64,000 bases of DNA from an uncultured bacterium. Lineage in GTDB: Bacteria > Babelota > Babeliae > Babelales > Babelaceae. Location of the stretch: positions 32,001 to 96,000 of the forward strand of contig CAWKFG010000001.1 of assembly GCA_963848965.1 (NCBI GenBank), written 5' to 3'. Both the position numbers and the translations under genes were made by a program. A model generated the notes under the pieces. The model made no database searches, was not told the DNA's origin, and saw only the letters and a program-made list of their open reading frames with translations. Position 1 is the stretch's first letter, and each line of letters starts with the position of its first letter. Of the stretch, positions 9,267 to 18,126 are shown piece by piece.

Positions 9267-9830
9267 GCGATTGGCAATTGTCGCATTAAAGGTATTACGT
9301 TCCATTTGGCGAGTTTTAAAGTCTAGATCTTGACGTTGTTTAAGCATAATCATATATTCTTTTGCAGCGGCAAGACGATCTTGGCGCAAGGCTCCTCGTA
9401 CAAGTTGCGGAATCTGCTCGAGTGCTAGTGTAAAATCTCGATCACAATGCAACGTAGTTGCTGCATAAAAACGTCCGCGTGCTCGAGTTTGAGAAAATTC
9501 CCTATCCTGACAACGTTGATACTGCGTAAGAGGTATTCGTAGACGAGCTACCGTTACAACATTAAGTACTCTGCGTTCCATTTCACGAATCCTAAAATCC
9601 AAATCTTGATGCTGTTTAATCATAATCATATACTCTCGAGCAAGGCGCAGACGATCTTGAGAAATAGAGCCTTGCATTTGTCTGAGGATTCGCTCCATTT
9701 CAAGAGCATACCGTTGATCGCATGCAGTAGCAGGAGCAGCTGTACGTCCTTGCAATGCTGTAGAAGGAACAAGTTGAGCCTTACTTTGAATACACAATAA
9801 TAATGTTAGACATACTATAAGATAGTTCAT
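9198..9830 (-). CDS. Secreted hypothetical protein with two tandem ~90-aa repeats
   Basis: Start re-assigned to MNYLI (9830); signal peptide; duplicated CD...QDRL..A.EYMIM.KQ.QDLDF..R.MER...RLR.PL.QYQRC. Confidence 0.7.
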   Translation of the reverse strand: MNYLIVCLTLLLCIQSKAQLVPSTALQGRTAAPATACDQRYALEMERILRQMQGSISQDRLRLAREYMIMIKQHQDLDFRIREMERRVLNVVTVARLRIPLTQYQRCQDREFSQTRARGRFYAATTLHCDRDFTLALEQIPQLVRGALRQDRLAAAKEYMIMLKQRQDLDFKTRQMERNTFNATIANRLRSPLQQYQRCRTTLSTQRIAL

Positions 9831-9889
9831 AGGACCCCTTTCTTTTATTTTAATTTTATTATAGAAAATAATAGCAAAGAAAGGCAACA

Positions 9890-9919
9890 AAAATGGCACT
9901 CTTTAAAGAGTGCCATTTT
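9890..9919 (-). terminator. Intrinsic terminator hairpin
   Basis: Perfect 30-bp palindrome AAAATGGCACTCTTTAAAGAGTGCCATTTT just past the stop of 9930..10712. Confidence 0.75.
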
Positions 9920-9929
9920 ATACAATAAC

Positions 9930-10712
9930 TTACTGCGGGATATTGTGCTGAATTGCCATAGCAATCTCATCAAGGGTATCATGAAATGGTATTATATGAT
10001 TATTAAATAAGTCGTTCTGCTCAGCGAGTGATAGAGAAGATTCAGTTAAAATATAATTACGCATATTCATATACATATCAAAAAGATTGTTCAAATCTGT
10101 ATTAAGATCTTTAAGTACGTCTTCGTCGTGAAGAATATGTTCGGTCGTAGCTTTATTAACTTTGAAAACGAGCTCATTTATGCTTTGTTTCCAGGCTTCT
10201 AGATCTATACGAAACGATAAGCTGTCGATAATTTTCTCAAGTGATGAAGAAGGGCCTCCTAGTGCATGATGAAGTTTAGTTGGCTTTGATGTTGTTGAAG
10301 TTTCTGCTGTAATTTCATCACTATCAAGCTTGAGTTGTTCTGCTTGTTCTAAAAGAGTTTGTAACGTATTGCTTGTGTATCCTTGTTGTATATGAGAGTC
10401 TACTGAATTTTCAAACGTAGATACTTTTTCCTTGAAAGAGCTAATGGATGTGCGTAGATTTTTTATTTTTCCTGACTCATTAGCTTTATCTCTAAACTCT
10501 TTAAGCTCTTGTATCATTTCAACTGGAAAAATCGCAAAGAAAGAAGAACGGTCTAAGCGTAAAAGATCAAGTAGATCATATGAAGTAGACTGTTTTGTCC
10601 TTTTAACAGGTGTCCTCGGAGTATTATCTGTGTCTCTATCTCTTTTATGTTGTTCCATTGCATGAGCAAGAGAACAGGATAAAAACATAAGTGCTATATA
10701 CTTTTTATACAT
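9930..10712 (-). CDS. Secreted hypothetical helical protein (candidate effector)
   Basis: Signal peptide ending AHA|MEQ; basic KR-x12-KRTK motif; helical C-terminal region. Confidence 0.7.
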   Translation of the reverse strand: MYKKYIALMFLSCSLAHAMEQHKRDRDTDNTPRTPVKRTKQSTSYDLLDLLRLDRSSFFAIFPVEMIQELKEFRDKANESGKIKNLRTSISSFKEKVSTFENSVDSHIQQGYTSNTLQTLLEQAEQLKLDSDEITAETSTTSKPTKLHHALGGPSSSLEKIIDSLSFRIDLEAWKQSINELVFKVNKATTEHILHDEDVLKDLNTDLNNLFDMYMNMRNYILTESSLSLAEQNDLFNNHIIPFHDTLDEIAMAIQHNIPQ

Positions 10713-10899
10713 AGTATTCCTTAAATAGTATATTTAATTTATATAATTTTATCATAATGTACAGAAAGAAAACCTACTTTCTCTCTTATGTCTAACCAAG
10801 CAGGGGTATCTTTACTAGAAGATGTTTGCTTAATTACTCGTTTGACATTCTTAAAAAGTATGATAAAAATAAGCTTTTTCCTATGAGAGAATTATATAT

Positions 10900-11170
10900 T
10901 ATTTTTTTATATGCTTCAATAGTAGGTTTTATATTAATTAATTTTTATATGTAATATTATTGGGCAAAGGCCTCTAGAATACGCGCTTTTTAGTATACGT
11001 ACCATAAAAAAGTTCAGGTAAAAATTCAATACTTTTGTTGTTTTTTTGAGTGTGTAGCCATCAAAGAGTAACCCAAAAAGAATAAACCTGCGCAGGATTT
11101 TTATAAAAAGCGAGGTTTTGCTATACTAAGTGAAGGGGCAACCCGTTTTCTTATGGAAAAAAGCCTTTAA
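10900..11170 (+). pseudogene. Decayed GNAT acetyltransferase remnant
   Basis: 11078-11170 reads KNKPAQDFYKKRGFAILSEGATRFLMEKSL* (GNAT N..A..FY.K.GF motif); upstream fragments SIVGFI and IGQRPLEYAL are separated by stops and frameshifts; 5' boundary uncertain. Confidence 0.65.
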
Positions 11171-11184
11171 ACTGAAAGTATTAT

Positions 11185-12456
11185 ATGTCAACTGAATATG
11201 TGCTCATTGAGCAATCTCCTCCTTTACAAGGAACTGTGCCGCTTGTAGGAGCAAAAAATGCTGTTCTTGTTATTATGGCGTCGCTCATTTTGGCACCCGG
11301 TAAATCAAAATTAACCAATGTTCCTTTTTCTGATGATATTACGCAGATGATAAAGCTGCTTCATGAGCTAGGAGCACTAGTACATGCAGATGTAGGGACT
11401 AATACGTTAGAAATTGATACTTCCTATGTAGATAAACACAAAGTAAGTGCAGAGATAATGAAGAAGATGCGTGCTTCCATTTTAGTAATGGGCCCTCTTC
11501 TTGCTCGCTTTGGTAAAGCAGATATTGCCCAACCGGGAGGGTGCGTTATTGGTACTCGTCCAATAGATTATCATCTGAAAGCGTTTACAAAAATGGGTGT
11601 TTCTGTTGATGCTCAAGGTGATTTCTTAAATGTTCATACGCAAGGACTACTGCCAGCCCGTATTGTCTTAGAGTATCCAAGCGTAGGTGCTACAGAGAAT
11701 ATAATGATGGCTGCTGCTCTTGCTACCGGTAGAACACAGATTATTAATGCAGCTTTAGAGCCAGAGGTATTGGATCTTATTACAGTTCTCAAGAAAATGG
11801 GTGCTTCCATTACTATAGTACCTCCTGCAACTATTGAGATAGAAGGGGTAAAAGAATTAAAGCCTATTGAACATGCTATTATGTATGATAGACTTGAGGC
11901 TGGTGCGCTTATTCTGGCAGCTGCTATCACGGGCGGAGAGATAGCTCTTCCTCATGCTCCTGCTGAAAGTATGGATGTTTTTCTTGAGAAGCTACAAGAA
12001 ATGGGCCATGATGTAACGCGTGGGGTAGATGGCACTGGTGTCTGGTTTAAAGCAACAAGTAATCCTCATGCAGTCTCTTTTAAAACTATGCCCTATCCAG
12101 GATTCCCTACCGACTTACAGGCTCCTATGATGGCAGTGCTTTGTCTTGCTTCAGGAACAAGTGTTGTTCATGAAACTGTCTTTGAAAATAGATTACTTCA
12201 TGTGCGAGAATTGCAAAAGATGGGAGCTCAAATAACGGTTGAAGGGCATACAGCTACTATCTGCGGGGTAGATGAACTTTATGGAGCTCAGGTCATTGCT
12301 ACCGATATTCGAGCTTCATGCGCACTGGTGCTTGCAGGGCTTGTAGCTCAAGGACACACCTGTATGACAGGAGTTCATCACTTACGCCGAGGCTATCAAG
12401 GATTCATAGAGAAGCTGACTGCTTTAGGTGCTAAAATAGCTCTTAAACAGGAGTAA
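11185..12456 (+). CDS. murA: UDP-N-acetylglucosamine 1-carboxyvinyltransferase
   Basis: GAKNA, KMRASILVMGPLLAR, PGGCVIGTRPIDYH, SVGATEN, PGFPTDLQ, FENR. Confidence 0.98.
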   Translation: MSTEYVLIEQSPPLQGTVPLVGAKNAVLVIMASLILAPGKSKLTNVPFSDDITQMIKLLHELGALVHADVGTNTLEIDTSYVDKHKVSAEIMKKMRASILVMGPLLARFGKADIAQPGGCVIGTRPIDYHLKAFTKMGVSVDAQGDFLNVHTQGLLPARIVLEYPSVGATENIMMAAALATGRTQIINAALEPEVLDLITVLKKMGASITIVPPATIEIEGVKELKPIEHAIMYDRLEAGALILAAAITGGEIALPHAPAESMDVFLEKLQEMGHDVTRGVDGTGVWFKATSNPHAVSFKTMPYPGFPTDLQAPMMAVLCLASGTSVVHETVFENRLLHVRELQKMGAQITVEGHTATICGVDELYGAQVIATDIRASCALVLAGLVAQGHTCMTGVHHLRRGYQGFIEKLTALGAKIALKQE

Positions 12457-12557
12457 CACGAGGCAAAAATAGTTGTTTCTTGGTGTACTTTTTTGATTTT
12501 TAAAGTATACTATTTTTTAGTAGAATAATAGTATAAATAAATGATTAGGCCGATAAA

Positions 12558-13889
12558 ATGATAAAAAATCTTCTTTATAATGCTTTTTTGTTCGGTGCTT
12601 TTACACTATATCCAATGTATAAGCCTACTTATACGGCAGATTCTTTAAAAAATATCAGTATCCAGCAACTTGCTCAAAAGCTTGTCACTTGCGATCTCCA
12701 GAGTCTTTTAGAGAATAGTAATCTAAACCAACTTCCAGAAGGTCTTACAGAGCATCTTAAGAAAGCTCTTATAGATGATAATCTCCTTGTGTATGTAGAT
12801 GTTTTTCAAAAAGATCTGATTCCTGAAGTTAAACATATTCCTCTGCAGTATTATTGTGCTTCTGATGGAGCTGCATTTATTACAACTTCTAGCAAAGAAG
12901 ATGGGACAAGCAGCATACATATTTTTCCCTGGCCGTCATTAGAGCTGAAAATAACTTTTGACTGTCCTGAAAGTATTCTGTCATTGGTAGCCGTTCCACG
13001 CTCTGAACTCTTTTTTACTGCTCATGAAGAGAGTATACGCTTATGGAGTATAAAAGAAAAAAGGTGTATACAAGAATTTAAAAAAGAAAAGGGAGTTATT
13101 TGTGATTTAGTAACTAATGTTCAAGGAACTATGCTTCTTATGCGTTCAGTACTTGATAATTGCAATTATAGACTTATGAAACTCACTTCCTTTCCTTATA
13201 CCTTATCTGAATCTTGTACTCAAACTGAGGGAAAAACTAACCTTGACCTTGAATTAACTCCTGATGGTGAGTATGCAATTGAGTCTGAGGATGGGTATAT
13301 TTGCTTTCTTTCACTGATTACCGGTAAAGTTATAAAGATTGCGACTATAAAGGAGCATGTAAGTAGTATACATCTAAGTCCTGATGGCAGTTTTTTAATA
13401 GCTCTTTTAGGAACAACTTTACCTGCTGTCAACGGGTTTAGCCAAATAACTGACATGCAACCGTACCTGTTTGCTGTAAAAGATGGAGAAAAGATGGTCC
13501 CTGTTCATCTTACAGGGCATAATTGTATGGTAAAAGCAGTAAAAATAAGTCCTAATGGTAGGTATTTTGTTACAGGAGATGAAAAAGGTACTCTTCGTCT
13601 TTGGGATCTGTGTACGCTTGCTTCTATAGAGTTAAAAAATCATCCATTGACCTGTATAAACGATCTTCAATGGTCGCCAGATGGTAAGTTTCTCTTTGTA
13701 AAAGGAGATAAGGAAGGGACATATGTGTATAATTTTGAATCACTTATGAATACTGCAACTATAAAAGAGCTTGTCCTTATTGCAAAGTTAAAAAAATTTG
13801 GTATTCAAGTGCTCAGTAGTTCCTCCTATAGATCTATCTTTGAAAAATCTTCTTATCATGATAAACTTTCTGAGTATTTTAAGATTTGA
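12558..13889 (+). CDS. Secreted WD40-repeat protein with possible N-terminal SOCS/BC-box-like segment
   Basis: Signal peptide; GHNCMVKAVKISPNGRYFVTGDEKGTLRLWDL, WSPDGKFL, LSPDGSFL. Confidence 0.85.
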   Translation: MIKNLLYNAFLFGAFTLYPMYKPTYTADSLKNISIQQLAQKLVTCDLQSLLENSNLNQLPEGLTEHLKKALIDDNLLVYVDVFQKDLIPEVKHIPLQYYCASDGAAFITTSSKEDGTSSIHIFPWPSLELKITFDCPESILSLVAVPRSELFFTAHEESIRLWSIKEKRCIQEFKKEKGVICDLVTNVQGTMLLMRSVLDNCNYRLMKLTSFPYTLSESCTQTEGKTNLDLELTPDGEYAIESEDGYICFLSLITGKVIKIATIKEHVSSIHLSPDGSFLIALLGTTLPAVNGFSQITDMQPYLFAVKDGEKMVPVHLTGHNCMVKAVKISPNGRYFVTGDEKGTLRLWDLCTLASIELKNHPLTCINDLQWSPDGKFLFVKGDKEGTYVYNFESLMNTATIKELVLIAKLKKFGIQVLSSSSYRSIFEKSSYHDKLSEYFKI

Positions 13890-13914
13890 AAGAGCTACCC
13901 TAACAGCAGCTCTT
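13890..13914. terminator. Hairpin between convergent genes
   Basis: AAGAGCT...AGCTCTT inverted repeat. Confidence 0.45.
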
Positions 13915-13933
13915 AGATACTACGATAAGAATT

Positions 13934-14458
13934 TTATACAGCTTTTTCTATAAGAACTTTATAAGCAGGGTTTATCATTTGCATGATTTGAGTGGCTTTG
14001 CTTCTTTGTAACTCATTATCCTTTGGTTGCTTATCAGGATGAAAGCGGAATGTAAGAGCTCTATACCTTTCTAATAGAGCTTTTCTATTGAAGGCATCAT
14101 TAGGATGTAGTCCAAGAAGTGGAGCAGCAGTAGGAGCAAAATTTCTTGCAAATCCAAGCTGTTCATAAACATCTGCTCTTTCAGCTACAGGAACTTTATC
14201 ATCAAGAAGAATATGTTCATACACATTTTCCCACATACCAATGCCTTCGGCTCTTTTTTTTGGATTCTGCACAGTATAAGGTAAATGTTCTTTCTCTTGT
14301 TTGCCACCTTCTTGCTCTTGTCCTGAAGGAGTATAGCCTAGAGCAGGCTCTTCTTGAGGAGTTTCGGTAGAAACTAGCTCTTGTGGAACTGTTAACATTC
14401 CATAAAGAGGTATACTCAGAAGTACAAAACCTGCCAAAAGTACATAGTTGTTTTTCAT
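13934..14458 (-). CDS. Secreted protein with C-terminal J-domain (DnaJ-like)
   Basis: Signal peptide; YRALTFRFHPDK...MQMINPAYKVL. Confidence 0.85.
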   Translation of the reverse strand: MKNNYVLLAGFVLLSIPLYGMLTVPQELVSTETPQEEPALGYTPSGQEQEGGKQEKEHLPYTVQNPKKRAEGIGMWENVYEHILLDDKVPVAERADVYEQLGFARNFAPTAAPLLGLHPNDAFNRKALLERYRALTFRFHPDKQPKDNELQRSKATQIMQMINPAYKVLIEKAV

Positions 14459-14581
14459 GGAAAAGTCCTTTATTTTTAAATAAACTATTTTTTATTATAG
14501 TAATTTAAAAGGGCATGATTTTTCAAGAAATTTACTTATCGTGAGGAATTTCTGCAGCAGTAGTAAAAAACTATAAAGACC

Positions 14582-15418
14582 TTAGTAGCTACTTGCAAGT
14601 TCAGTAAGTTCTCGAGTAATAATACTTTGCCGTGTTTTGTTATAGTCAAGGCGCATCGCTATAAGAAGATTATCGGCATTACGTGTTGCAGAGTCCATTG
14701 AAAGGAATCTGGCAGCTTGTTCTGCAAGAAGTGACTCAAATAGAATTTCTTGTAATGTTACAGAAATCATCATTTGTTGAATAATGGCATTAAGCTCTTC
14801 TAGAGGCTGTTCAAAGATGTAATCGCTTGGTTCAGCTGCTGTAGATTCTGTAGGCTCTTTAAGAGGTAATATAAATGTTTTTTGTGGCCTTTGAACAAAG
14901 AAACTACGTGAATAATTACTGTATACAGTAACAGTAGAATAAGGTAGTGGTGCTGTGATGATAAAAGAGGTAATTGCTTGGGCTATAGAAACAAAATGAG
15001 TTGAGGTAAAAGTATTATATGATGCTAGTGCAGTAATAGAGCGTTGCTTAAGGTAATTGGTGGCATACTTGCCTACACTGATAAAGTGATGCTCTGCACT
15101 ACTAGTAATAGTGGGGTTCTCTAGTTCAAAGTATTTAAAAAGAGCAGAATTAAAAGTACCACAGAGCCCTTTTTGTGCACTTACAATGATTATAAGATGT
15201 TGAGGAGTCTCTCTAGTAGATTCTTCTTGAGTAAGAGAAACAGTAGTTCGTACCTTTTGCCAAAGTTCCTGAAAAGCATCTTTATACTTTTGCAAATGAG
15301 CTTTTTTATGTCGTAGTCGTGAATGTGTTGACATAGAAATAAGGCGCATTGCATGTGTTATCTTTTTTATTGTTTCAATAGCTTTAATGCGCTGTCGCAT
15401 AAGGACAAGTTGTGCCAT
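14582..15418 (-). CDS. atpG: ATP synthase F1 gamma subunit
   Basis: IKKITHAMRLIS, KGLCGTFN, AEQAARFLSMDSATRNA, YNKTRQSIITRELTE. Confidence 0.96.
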   Translation of the reverse strand: MAQLVLMRQRIKAIETIKKITHAMRLISMSTHSRLRHKKAHLQKYKDAFQELWQKVRTTVSLTQEESTRETPQHLIIIVSAQKGLCGTFNSALFKYFELENPTITSSAEHHFISVGKYATNYLKQRSITALASYNTFTSTHFVSIAQAITSFIITAPLPYSTVTVYSNYSRSFFVQRPQKTFILPLKEPTESTAAEPSDYIFEQPLEELNAIIQQMMISVTLQEILFESLLAEQAARFLSMDSATRNADNLLIAMRLDYNKTRQSIITRELTELASSY

Positions 15419-15432
15419 AGAATACCCTATAA

Positions 15433-15495
15433 TAGCAATGTACGTTTAAATAGTAGTATACTGAGTGTACAAAGTATCGGGCTCTTATGCAACTA
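15433..15495 (+). repeat. 63-bp direct repeat, copy 1 (left flank of TA module)
   Basis: TAGCAATGTACGTTTAAATAGTAGTATACTGAGTGTACAAAGTATCGGGCTCTTATGCAACTA; 61/63 identical to 16235-16297. Confidence 0.95.
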
Positions 15496-15915
15496 ACTAG
15501 TGAAAGGATTAATTATTTTTAACGTATTTTCAATTTCATGAAAATGATGCATATCTTCGGTAAATAATACTTCACATTGATTTTCTAAAGAGCTAGAAAT
15601 AATAAGACTATCATAATAGGAATAGCAATATTTGCCTGCTATAAAGAGAGCTTTTTGAATAGTAGAAGAAGTAATGGTTGTTACAAAAAAGTTTTCTAAA
15701 AGTTCCTTAACTACTTGAGCTACTATCTCGAGCTTAACCTTTTTCTTTCTGTGCATTACATGAATACACTCATTTAGTACTTGCGTGCTAATTATAAGCT
15801 GGTCAAAATTAGTAAACAAACGCTCAACTGCATGTTTCTTTAGAGGCTCATCCTGTGAATAGAGATAGATTATGATGTTAGAATCTATAAATATTCTATC
15901 TGGTATTGGCTTCAT
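15493..15915 (-). CDS. vapC: PIN-domain toxin (VapC-like)
   Basis: FIDSNIIIY, STQVLNE, SYYDSLII, LFTED, INPF; overlaps upstream small gene. Confidence 0.88.
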   Translation of the reverse strand: MKPIPDRIFIDSNIIIYLYSQDEPLKKHAVERLFTNFDQLIISTQVLNECIHVMHRKKKVKLEIVAQVVKELLENFFVTTITSSTIQKALFIAGKYCYSYYDSLIISSSLENQCEVLFTEDMHHFHEIENTLKIINPFTS

Positions 15916-16105
15916 CTCGGTCAAATTTGAGTCCTTTAGTTTTTATTTTTACAGCTGTAAATTTTCTCTTGCGTTGAGGTTTTGCTTTAGGTGATTCGTC
16001 TATAAGGATAATAACCCTCAATTCATTTTGTAAATTATCAAGGTATTTCTTAGGAATCTTTATAGTGCCATCTTCAACTTTGGTAGTAAATTCAATAGCG
16101 CGCAT
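15896..16105 (-). CDS. Antitoxin (VapB-like; swapped-hairpin-type N-terminus)
   Basis: 69 aa, MRAIEFTTKVEDGTIKIPK, C-terminal FDRDEAN; directly upstream of and overlapping the PIN gene; RBS AAGGAG. Confidence 0.8.
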   Translation of the reverse strand: MRAIEFTTKVEDGTIKIPKKYLDNLQNELRVIILIDESPKAKPQRKRKFTAVKIKTKGLKFDRDEANTR

Positions 16106-16142
16106 TGTAGTCTCCTTATATAGTTATTTCTTTTCTACTCTT

Positions 16143-16173
16143 ATTGTACCATATTGTTATTAGGGCAACAATA
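16143..16173 (-). promoter_or_regulatory. vapBC promoter (extended -10) with inverted-repeat operator
   Basis: Minus strand TGGTACAAT; inverted repeat TATTGTT-N8-AACAATA at 16152-16173. Confidence 0.45.
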
Positions 16174-16234
16174 ATTATACAGCTTAGGAGGTATAAATTA
16201 CACAAGAGAAATCATTAAAAAGCCGACATTTACG

Positions 16235-16297
16235 TAGCAATGTGCGTTTAAATAGTAGTATACTGAGTGTACAAAGTATCGAGCTCTTATGCAACTA
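16235..16297 (+). repeat. 63-bp direct repeat, copy 2 (right flank of TA module)
   Basis: Two mismatches relative to 15433-15495. Confidence 0.95.
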
Positions 16298-16315
16298 GTT
16301 ACTAAGAAAGAATAG

Positions 16316-16891
16316 ATGATATTATTGGTTGATGGTTATAATCTTTTAAAATATATTATCAAAAAGGACTTTGCTACAGAAAAAGAGCGTAATTGGCTAC
16401 TATCTGAGTTGACAGAGTATGCTCGAGCAAAAAAGCACTCAATTATAATTGTCTTTGATGGAGGTCCTTATGAACGGCCTACCTATACAAAAAGAGGACA
16501 AGTTGCTATTCTCTATTCAGGAACTCGCCAAAGTGCAGATGATGTAATTAAAGAGCATGTTAGTCACTATCCAGCTTCACGGCTTCTTATTGTATCATCT
16601 GATAGAGGACTCTATTCATTTGCTGCACGAGCTCGTGTTGCTACTGTAGATGTAGAGGCCTTTTATGTGTTGATGCGTGAAAAAAAGCAACCTGCATTAC
16701 GACTTGAACGGGCAAAAGGATCAGCTCAAAAGCTGCATACAGAAAAGAATAAAGAGCTTGATACTCTTATGCAAGAGGCAAGTGAAGTACTTATGTATAA
16801 AGATAATGAAGGTCAAAATCATTCTGGCAAAACGACACAAAAACTTTCAAAAGAAGAGCGTAAATTACTAAAAATTACCAAAAAGCTATGA
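16316..16891 (+). CDS. NYN-domain (YacP/Rae1-like) ribonuclease
   Basis: LVDGYNL, IVFDG, SADDVI, VSSDR. Confidence 0.85.
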   Translation: MILLVDGYNLLKYIIKKDFATEKERNWLLSELTEYARAKKHSIIIVFDGGPYERPTYTKRGQVAILYSGTRQSADDVIKEHVSHYPASRLLIVSSDRGLYSFAARARVATVDVEAFYVLMREKKQPALRLERAKGSAQKLHTEKNKELDTLMQEASEVLMYKDNEGQNHSGKTTQKLSKEERKLLKITKKL

Positions 16892-17307
16892 AGATTATCT
16901 ATTCCCTTGAAACAATAGACATACCAGTAAATGCCTTATATACACTTATGCCACAATGTGCAGTATTTACCTTTACAGGAAATTTAGGAGCGGGTAAGAC
17001 AACATTAGTACAGCATCTTTTGCGTCGTTGTGGAGTGCAAGAAGTAATTACAAGTCCAACATTTACGTATGTTAATACGTATACAAATGCTCAAGGCCAA
17101 ACATTCTACCATTTTGATCTTTATCGTATGCACTCGTTAAACGACTTTTTAGATGTAGGCTTTGATGAATATTTATATGCACCTCAAAGTTGGGCATTTA
17201 TTGAATGGCCAGAGATACTTACGCCTCTTTTAAAGCATAAGGTATGTCATAACCATATTGATTACTATGATCATCAAAGAGTGCTTGAATATACTGTTAT
17301 TAAATAG
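16888..17307 (+). CDS. tsaE: tRNA threonylcarbamoyladenosine biosynthesis ATPase
   Basis: GNLGAGKTT, ITSPTF, YHFDLYRM, FIEWPE. Confidence 0.95.
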   Translation: MKIIYSLETIDIPVNALYTLMPQCAVFTFTGNLGAGKTTLVQHLLRRCGVQEVITSPTFTYVNTYTNAQGQTFYHFDLYRMHSLNDFLDVGFDEYLYAPQSWAFIEWPEILTPLLKHKVCHNHIDYYDHQRVLEYTVIK

Positions 17308-17309
17308 CT

Positions 17310-17903
17310 TTAAAGATCTATATTTTTCCCACCTTTTTTGGCGACAACTTTAATATCACCGTATCCATTAATAGAAATTTCAGCAATAGTATCAATACCT
17401 TGTAAATTAACTTCTTTAAACGATCTACTTGTTATAATTGCAAGATCTGTTGGTGCAGCGGCTTTAACAAGGGTCATGACTTGTGGTTTGCTAAGGATAT
17501 TTCTATATTGTCCAGGTTTAAGAGGCTCTTTTTGCGCAGCTCCTTGTAATGTTTGTCGGGGGCCATAGACTGGACGATCAGTAGGGCGTATTCGTTGTGG
17601 TGGCACTGTTGGTTGTACAAATCTTCTCCCTTGTACACTTTGTCCAGCTGGTAATGTAGAAGTAGTAGACTGGATTCCTTGTGATGGAGCAGCCCCTTTT
17701 GCAGGTTCTTTAGGAGGAACAAAAGAGGGAACGTAGATGCCGTACATACCAGTAGTCTCTTTTGGAGAAAGTTTTTTCTTATCGTAAAACATAATAAAGG
17801 CAGGAGAATCTTTAAATTGATGGGTAACCAAATCTATACTTTTCAAGTACCCTTTAAGGAGTGGGGTGCAGCATAATATGAGTAAAATAAGAAATCTTTT
17901 CAT
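17310..17903 (-). CDS. Secreted hypothetical protein with Pro/Gln-rich central linker
   Basis: Signal peptide MKRFLILLILCCTPLLKG; low-complexity middle; RBS AGAGG. Confidence 0.65.
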   Translation of the reverse strand: MKRFLILLILCCTPLLKGYLKSIDLVTHQFKDSPAFIMFYDKKKLSPKETTGMYGIYVPSFVPPKEPAKGAAPSQGIQSTTSTLPAGQSVQGRRFVQPTVPPQRIRPTDRPVYGPRQTLQGAAQKEPLKPGQYRNILSKPQVMTLVKAAAPTDLAIITSRSFKEVNLQGIDTIAEISINGYGDIKVVAKKGGKNIDL

Positions 17904-18097
17904 GATAAACCTCTTTTAAATTTAATTTCATTTTTTAATAAAATAGCACGATGTGCTGAAACTTATCAATGATTTATATAAGTAATTTTGACAAATAAAT
18001 AGAAGATGAGGGTTCACTTAGAAATTAAGAATATGCTCTATAAATGAAACTTTATGTAAATTCGAGAAAGAGTAAAGCTTGTAGGTACTAGAAGATA

Positions 18098-18123
18098 AAG
18101 AGCTCTCAAATCTGAGAGCTCTT
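18098..18123 (-). terminator. Intrinsic terminator hairpin
   Basis: AAGAGCTCTCA-AATC-TGAGAGCTCTT right after the ankyrin gene stop. Confidence 0.7.
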
Positions 18124-18126
18124 ATA

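Noticed and set aside
15433..15495. 63-bp repeat as a Xer/dif or integron attC site (TTATGCAACTA resembles one Xer arm)
   Set aside because: No second arm at 6-bp spacing and no extended palindrome typical of attC
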